Below are positions 58,955 through 64,000 of a stretch of 64,000 nucleotides of DNA, piece after piece. Within the stretch, counting starts at the first letter, position 1; each line of letters opens with the position of its first letter. This stretch comes from Candidatus Omnitrophota bacterium. Lineage in GTDB: Bacteria > Omnitrophota > Gorgyraeia > Zapsychrales > Fredricksoniimonadaceae. The stretch covers positions 664-64,663 of the forward strand of contig JADFZK010000007.1 of the NCBI GenBank assembly GCA_015232565.1. The letters run 5' to 3'. The notes below the pieces were generated by a model. That model was given only the letters and a program-made list of their open reading frames with translations. It was not told the DNA's origin and did not search any database. The position numbers were made by a program, and so were the translations under genes.

Positions 58955-59815
58955 TCATCCTGATGTCTTTAGCGCTCCGGACAATAAACGCCCGGCGGCC
59001 ACTGAGAACACATAACAACCAACTGAAAAAAGAACGATCGTGGCACCTGTCGCCGTACCCCAATAATAGGAAGCGATCAACCCCGCAACTCCTGACATCA
59101 GGCTGAACACCACCGCCCACAATGTATACGCGCGCGTGTTACGCGCAAAATTGCGGCTGGCCGCGGCCGGCAAAACCAGCAAAGAGTTGATAATAAGCAC
59201 CCCCACCAGACGGATCGAAAGCATAACCACTATCGCCAGCAATATCGTAAAACTCGTTTCCAGCAAAAAGACTTTAATACGGCGACTGCGTGCCAGGGAA
59301 CTGTTAACACTGGTCAATAACAAAGCATTGCCGGCGACACACCAATAAATCAGTACGACAAAGAACATGACCACCAGCCAGGTGATCTCATTCGGGCTGA
59401 CCGCCAGGATATCCCCGATCAGATATTTGGTATATTTTACAAAGCCTCCCTGCCGGCTTAATATCGTGATCCCCAGCGCTACCATGAACGCCATGAACAC
59501 GCCCAGGACCGTATCGGTCGAGGCACGGGTTAAACCTTTAAACACATTTACCAACACCGCCAGGATCACCGCCATCGTGATCATCGGCCCAACCGGATCC
59601 TGAATGCCGCACACCACCCCGATTGCAATCCCGGCGAGGGCCGAATGGCCCAGCACATCGGTAAAAAAAGCCATACGGTTACTGACCACCATAGTCCCCA
59701 GAACGGCATAAACAGGCGCGATCACCAGCACGGCCAACAGCGCATTTTTCATAAACACATACTGCCCCCAATCAAAAGGCAGGACCATATCCACAAGCTT
59801 ATACCATTCGCTCAT
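58955..59815 (-). CDS. Zn/Mn ABC transporter permease
   Basis: Motifs MAFFTDVLGHSALAG, YLIGDIL and VGVLIINSLLVLPAA. Confidence 0.92.
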   Translation of the reverse strand: MSEWYKLVDMVLPFDWGQYVFMKNALLAVLVIAPVYAVLGTMVVSNRMAFFTDVLGHSALAGIAIGVVCGIQDPVGPMITMAVILAVLVNVFKGLTRASTDTVLGVFMAFMVALGITILSRQGGFVKYTKYLIGDILAVSPNEITWLVVMFFVVLIYWCVAGNALLLTSVNSSLARSRRIKVFLLETSFTILLAIVVMLSIRLVGVLIINSLLVLPAAASRNFARNTRAYTLWAVVFSLMSGVAGLIASYYWGTATGATIVLFSVGCYVFSVAAGRLLSGALKTSG

Positions 59816-60549
59816 GAGCCCCTCACATCGGACAAGAACTCTTTTGGGCTGCTCTCGGTAATTATTGAATGATCCAGCAGGACTATGCGGTCAACATACG
59901 CCAATATCCCCGCCACATCATGCGTAACCAGAATTACCGAGATATCATGCTGTTTCTTGAGATCACGCACCAATTGATAAAACAGCTCCAGCCCTTTGAC
60001 ATCTACGCCGCTACTCGGCTCATCCAATAAAAGCAATTCCGGTTCGGCGGTCATGGCGATCGCCAGCAACACCCTTTGCAATTCACCACCAGATAGCTCG
60101 CCGACCCTTCTGGCCACCAGGTTATCAGCGGCAAAGACCTTTAATATGGCTTTAACTCGCGCCAGCGCCTGATTCCCAATACCCCACCAGACCGGCCGGC
60201 GGCTGGTGGCCGCCATAACCAGATCAGCCACACTTACCGGGGAATCCGGATCGAAATGCAGTTTTTGCGGAACATACCCGATGCGCGGCCGTCTGCGTTC
60301 AACCCCGCCAATAAGCGACGACAGGCTTCCCCGGTAGGGCACCTCCCCCAGGATCGCCCGTAACAAAGTCGTCTTCCCCGCGCCGTTCGGCCCCACAATG
60401 GCCAGCACATCGCCGCAGTGCACATGCAGATTGACCCCGTTAAGGATCGTATTGCCGCCCAGGCAGACCGTCAGATCCTGGATCCTGATGCAACAATGCC
60501 GACAGGAATCGCCCGCAACCACACTGGACGGATTATTTTGAGAAAGCAT
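59812..60549 (-). CDS. Zn/Mn ABC transporter ATP-binding protein
   Basis: Motifs GPNGAGKTT, GYVPQ, LSGGELQRV, LDEP and VTHD. Confidence 0.92.
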   Translation of the reverse strand: MLSQNNPSSVVAGDSCRHCCIRIQDLTVCLGGNTILNGVNLHVHCGDVLAIVGPNGAGKTTLLRAILGEVPYRGSLSSLIGGVERRRPRIGYVPQKLHFDPDSPVSVADLVMAATSRRPVWWGIGNQALARVKAILKVFAADNLVARRVGELSGGELQRVLLAIAMTAEPELLLLDEPSSGVDVKGLELFYQLVRDLKKQHDISVILVTHDVAGILAYVDRIVLLDHSIITESSPKEFLSDVRGS

Positions 60550-61423
60550 TCTTTAAGACCTCGAGATTCTTTTCCATGATCTGCAAATACGCATCCATAT
60601 CGTCAGGCCCGCTCACCGATGGATCAAGTTGATAAACAGTCGCTCCGGTCTCCCGGGCGATCGTTTGTGCCGCTAAAGCCGGATATTGTGGTTCACTGAA
60701 CAAAGCCCGGATCCCGGCTTTTCTTACTATATCAACTGTCTCAGCCAATTCCCTGGCACCGGGCTCACTGCCCGGCTCACGCTCCACTACCGCCGCGATG
60801 TCCAACCCGAACTCCTGCGCAAAATAGGGGAACGCTTCATGAAAGGTAATTATCTTTGTGCCTCTATATCGCTCCAAACCGGCGTGCATTTTGAGACGCA
60901 AAGCCTCCAGCCGGACCACATATTCTCCGGTATTCCGGCGATATAATTCAGCATGAAGGGGATCTGCCTGTGCCATAACAACGCCCAGATTCTGCACTTC
61001 CATGATCGCGTTCTTAACACTTACCCAAACATGAGGATTGTAATTATCCTGCCCCGCACCAGCTATAAGCGGCACAACTGAAGACAACTGAAAGATCTTG
61101 ATCCACGGATACTGAACCACGATCCGGTCCAGAAAAGATTCCATCCCGGCACCGTTGGCAATAAAGATATCCGCGTCGGTCAGTTTCTTCATGTCGGCGG
61201 TAGTGAGCGTATAATCATGCAAACAACCCGCCGCAGTTGCAGTAAGATTGGTAATCGTTACCCCGGGCACATCCTTCAACACATTCCGGGCCATGATGTA
61301 TATTGGATAAAAAGACGCCACCACCCGGATCGTCTTTCCTTCCTCAACTGCCATGGCCGCCGTAGTAAACAATAACGCCAGCGACAAAACCAGAACTGAA
61401 ATAATACGCACATTTTTGATCAT
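60533..61423 (-). CDS. Zn/Mn ABC transporter substrate-binding protein
   Basis: Signal peptide; motifs SFYP, CLHDY, NGAGME, NPHVW and HEAFPY. Confidence 0.92.
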   Translation of the reverse strand: MIKNVRIISVLVLSLALLFTTAAMAVEEGKTIRVVASFYPIYIMARNVLKDVPGVTITNLTATAAGCLHDYTLTTADMKKLTDADIFIANGAGMESFLDRIVVQYPWIKIFQLSSVVPLIAGAGQDNYNPHVWVSVKNAIMEVQNLGVVMAQADPLHAELYRRNTGEYVVRLEALRLKMHAGLERYRGTKIITFHEAFPYFAQEFGLDIAAVVEREPGSEPGARELAETVDIVRKAGIRALFSEPQYPALAAQTIARETGATVYQLDPSVSGPDDMDAYLQIMEKNLEVLKNAFSK

Positions 61424-61487
61424 AGGAAGGATCGTTGTAAGACTACTTGCCACGAACACCAGGCAACCTGAATGGCCCTGTTGCGGT

Positions 61488-61841
61488 CTATCTGAAATCT
61501 TGCGTATTACGACCTTGAAAGAAATTATAGATATGGCTTCTGGCTTCCCGGGTTACCGGATCATCGATCAAAAAAGACACTCCCGCCATATAAATCCCGG
61601 TCCTGGGGATAGCTTTCGACCAGGCCACGTTAGCCGTCAAATACACCATTCCATGCAGAGGCAGATCAAAGCCGAACATCAATTTCTGGCCCTGAGCAAA
61701 CCGGTGGTCACTGCGAAAACAAAAACCTTCCGGATGCATATCCTTGATCCGGACATCGTGGTAATTCGCCCGCTCAATTTCACGGCATTTAGCCGCAATT
61801 GAAACCACCGCTCGTTTACTGCGCCGTCTTTCTTTGTCCAT
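61488..61841 (-). CDS. PilZ domain protein
   Basis: ERRRSKR (RxxxR) and DMHPEG (variant of D/NxSxxG); GVSF. Confidence 0.8.
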   Translation of the reverse strand: MDKERRRSKRAVVSIAAKCREIERANYHDVRIKDMHPEGFCFRSDHRFAQGQKLMFGFDLPLHGMVYLTANVAWSKAIPRTGIYMAGVSFLIDDPVTREARSHIYNFFQGRNTQDFR

Positions 61842-62033
61842 ACCCGCCCTCCCGAAAAGTTCCTGGAACCGATATAGCGAAACAGAAACATCATACCATT
61901 CTTCATGGATTTTTTAAATACCGACCGCCTTGATCATTCTTACCGCTTCTTCAAGAGCCCTTAACTTATGCCGACGAACGTACTCAGCCTTACAAACCAG
62001 ATTCTTCATTTTGTCCAATTTGCCGTGGGCAGA

Positions 62034-64000
62034 TCACTCTTGAAGAGTCATCACCGAAGCAATGCTTGATTCATAACTATAGTTCGGCGCAGTGCTCCTA
62101 AAGGCTAGGACTTTAAAATAATACCTGGTGAGTTCCTTGATCCCGGCAGGATGTTCCAAACTGTTAAGGACCGCACTTGTCGAATTTGCAGGATAATACC
62201 CATAGTCGAGGAAGTCCCCCTCGGCGCTCGTGCTCCCCAGAATTTTAAACCCATCTTCCCCCACTGTTCGATCCTCCCAGGTAATTATGATACTCATTCC
62301 CGGCAAAGCCATCGCCGTAACATTGGCAGGAGCGGCGCTATTTGAAACGCTATAAGAAACTTCGGAATCTCCGCTACTAATAGCACGCTCGACCTCAGCT
62401 CTAACCTCTACATTTGGACTATCCTGCCATACAGCCTCTAAGACTTCACCTGAATTAAAAAACACAAGAACTTTGAACCTAGCCAATTTATCACGATTCT
62501 CACTTCGCCCGCAAAGTTCGAAAACATGTTTTCCAGAAGAAAATCCGTCAAGGATGTAGTAAGAGCCCGCCTTTTTCACCGGATTGCCATTTTCAGAAAC
62601 TTCCAGCGATTGCTGAAACATCCCAAAAGAGTCAACCCACTGAGCAGTCCAGAAATCATAGATTGTCGGGTCATAAACAATTATATTTGTAACATTCGCG
62701 TCTTTTAAATCAATCTCCAACGTCAAACTCCACTTATCGCTGTCTTGATCGGTATTAATACCTAGACCTGGCATGACCCTTGCTTGCCCCGCATCCAGAC
62801 TAACCCCTGATGCAACCGGAAAAGCCACAGCCACTGCGGTTGACCCATCGTCAAAACCGACCAGGATCTTCCCACCGGAGAAAGACTCATAAGGCCGCTC
62901 GCGCTGGCCATAAAGGTCAAATGTGTGAACCCCCTGGCGGTATTCACCCAAAAGCTGATGATAAGCCGTATTGATCTGTTTTCCTTGATAGAAGACAACC
63001 AACGGATAAGGGGTTCTCGGAAAGGTATCAGCGTAACTGGTTGCCCATCCATAGTACTTGTAAGAATCTATAATAGTCATCCGATCAATCTTCTTGGTAG
63101 CAGGCAAATTGAGCGTCAAAACCCAATGAAAATCCGACGCTTCACCCCGTGCGCCAAACAACCCCTTCCCGGGTCGAAACTGCCCCCATGGTCCCGCAAG
63201 ATCAAATCGCGATGCCTCGTCATACTTCAACCCAACGATCGTACCATCCAGCGAAGGTTGAATGTGACCGGCAGAAATATTATCCGATAATTCTTTAGAA
63301 GCCAAGGCCCATTGATCCAGCTCCAGCGCGCTTATCCAATTCGCACAAGAAGAATCGTTTGGTATATGACATGTCAACTGTCTCCCATCCGACAATGTAA
63401 CCTGGATAGCCGCCCCCTGAAAACAACACACCTCTTTTTGAGCAAAAAGTTCAAAAACATACACGCCGGGATCATATTGACCTAAATTCTGACCATAATC
63501 CGTATTCAATTGCCGGCCTTTATAAAAAACAACCAAAGGAAAAAGCTTTCGATCTGTTATTTTCTTCTCGGTTGTCCATCCTTCTGCAGGAAAAGAACTA
63601 TTATGCAAAACCGTAATCCCTGTTATTACTGCCGAAAAAGGCAGTTTGATTGTCGCTGTCCAATGCCAATCATCTGTTCCAGAATGCAAATACCCACGAC
63701 CCGAGTGAAAACTATTCCATGATGCCTGATCCGCAATGTCATTGTTACGCCTCATTTCTATACCCAGCCCAACATTCAGATCTACCGTCTTTTCGAGATC
63801 CGCGTACTCTTTATCGTAAGACTTAAACCGCTGCCCGCTCCACCCCACACCGTCCGATAGCCAATCAGCCTTCCCCAGAACAACACGCTTCCTGTCGCAA
63901 GATAGAACGCCATGATAACGTCCCGTCTTCCCCTGCCGCGAAAATATAACTTCATAACCACTGGGAGCACTCTCAAAAGAAACCTCATCATGAGTCCTTT
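62034..64000 (-). CDS. Partial large extracellular protein (5' end outside window) with three internal repeats and a C-terminal fibronectin type III-like domain
   Basis: The frame of ORF 62034-63848 stays open to the window end (...RTHDEVSFESAPSG...). Repeats W..T..LP...W...PLVVFY.G.Q.NT.Y...LG.Y..G...F.L. FN3-like APANVTA..ITWED..EDGFKI..YYFKVLAF. Confidence 0.75.
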   Translation of the reverse strand, partial: RTHDEVSFESAPSGYEVIFSRQGKTGRYHGVLSCDRKRVVLGKADWLSDGVGWSGQRFKSYDKEYADLEKTVDLNVGLGIEMRRNNDIADQASWNSFHSGRGYLHSGTDDWHWTATIKLPFSAVITGITVLHNSSFPAEGWTTEKKITDRKLFPLVVFYKGRQLNTDYGQNLGQYDPGVYVFELFAQKEVCCFQGAAIQVTLSDGRQLTCHIPNDSSCANWISALELDQWALASKELSDNISAGHIQPSLDGTIVGLKYDEASRFDLAGPWGQFRPGKGLFGARGEASDFHWVLTLNLPATKKIDRMTIIDSYKYYGWATSYADTFPRTPYPLVVFYQGKQINTAYHQLLGEYRQGVHTFDLYGQRERPYESFSGGKILVGFDDGSTAVAVAFPVASGVSLDAGQARVMPGLGINTDQDSDKWSLTLEIDLKDANVTNIIVYDPTIYDFWTAQWVDSFGMFQQSLEVSENGNPVKKAGSYYILDGFSSGKHVFELCGRSENRDKLARFKVLVFFNSGEVLEAVWQDSPNVEVRAEVERAISSGDSEVSYSVSNSAAPANVTAMALPGMSIIITWEDRTVGEDGFKILGSTSAEGDFLDYGYYPANSTSAVLNSLEHPAGIKELTRYYFKVLAFRSTAPNYSYESSIASVMTLQE

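Noticed and set aside
61914-62009. 31-aa minus-strand ORF MKNLVCKAEYVRRHKLRALEEAVRMIKAVGI
   Set aside because: Weak RBS and no recognisable features; could be chance.
63782-63991. 69-aa ORF as a frameshifted start of the last gene
   Set aside because: The main frame has no stop up to the window end, so no frameshift is needed.
1-64000. tRNA, rRNA, CRISPR arrays, IS/transposases, integrases, phage genes and selenocysteine recoding
   Set aside because: None seen on inspection; intergenic regions are short and no motif-bearing ORFs of these kinds are present. A tRNAscan/Infernal run would be needed to exclude small RNAs formally.

Overview
Chromosomal segment of a probably anaerobic, Gram-negative-type bacterium. 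The N-terminus of the partial gene at the left edge resembles a module I associate with Candidatus Omnitrophota, but that taxonomy is an inference. Left to right: azoreductase; a radical SAM-nrdD-nrdG operon preceded by tandem NrdR boxes; three tandem secreted S8 subtilase/beta-propeller paralogues, the third lacking catalytic residues; a complete electron-bifurcating-type [FeFe]-hydrogenase locus (hydC-hydD-hydB-hydA, then TM1266-aspA-membrane protein-hydF-hydG-hydE); a divergent FMN-binding/4Fe-4S plus AmmeMemoRadiSam operon; a polyamine cluster (speD plus three membrane spermidine-synthase-like genes); two PEP carboxykinase-family genes; mnmD and an SPFH gene; a surface-glycan locus (GT9/GT4, wzm/wzt, rmlACDB, UbiA-like, DUF2079); prfC; an RlmI-like methyltransferase; a Zn/Mn ABC transporter; a PilZ protein; and a partial repeat-domain protein. 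I saw no rRNA, tRNA, CRISPR array or mobile element. The best novelty candidate is a ~95-nt RNA leader between hydA and the maturase operon (22238-22335). It has mutually exclusive terminator, antiterminator and anti-antiterminator helices, so it may be a riboswitch or attenuator controlling H-cluster maturation genes.
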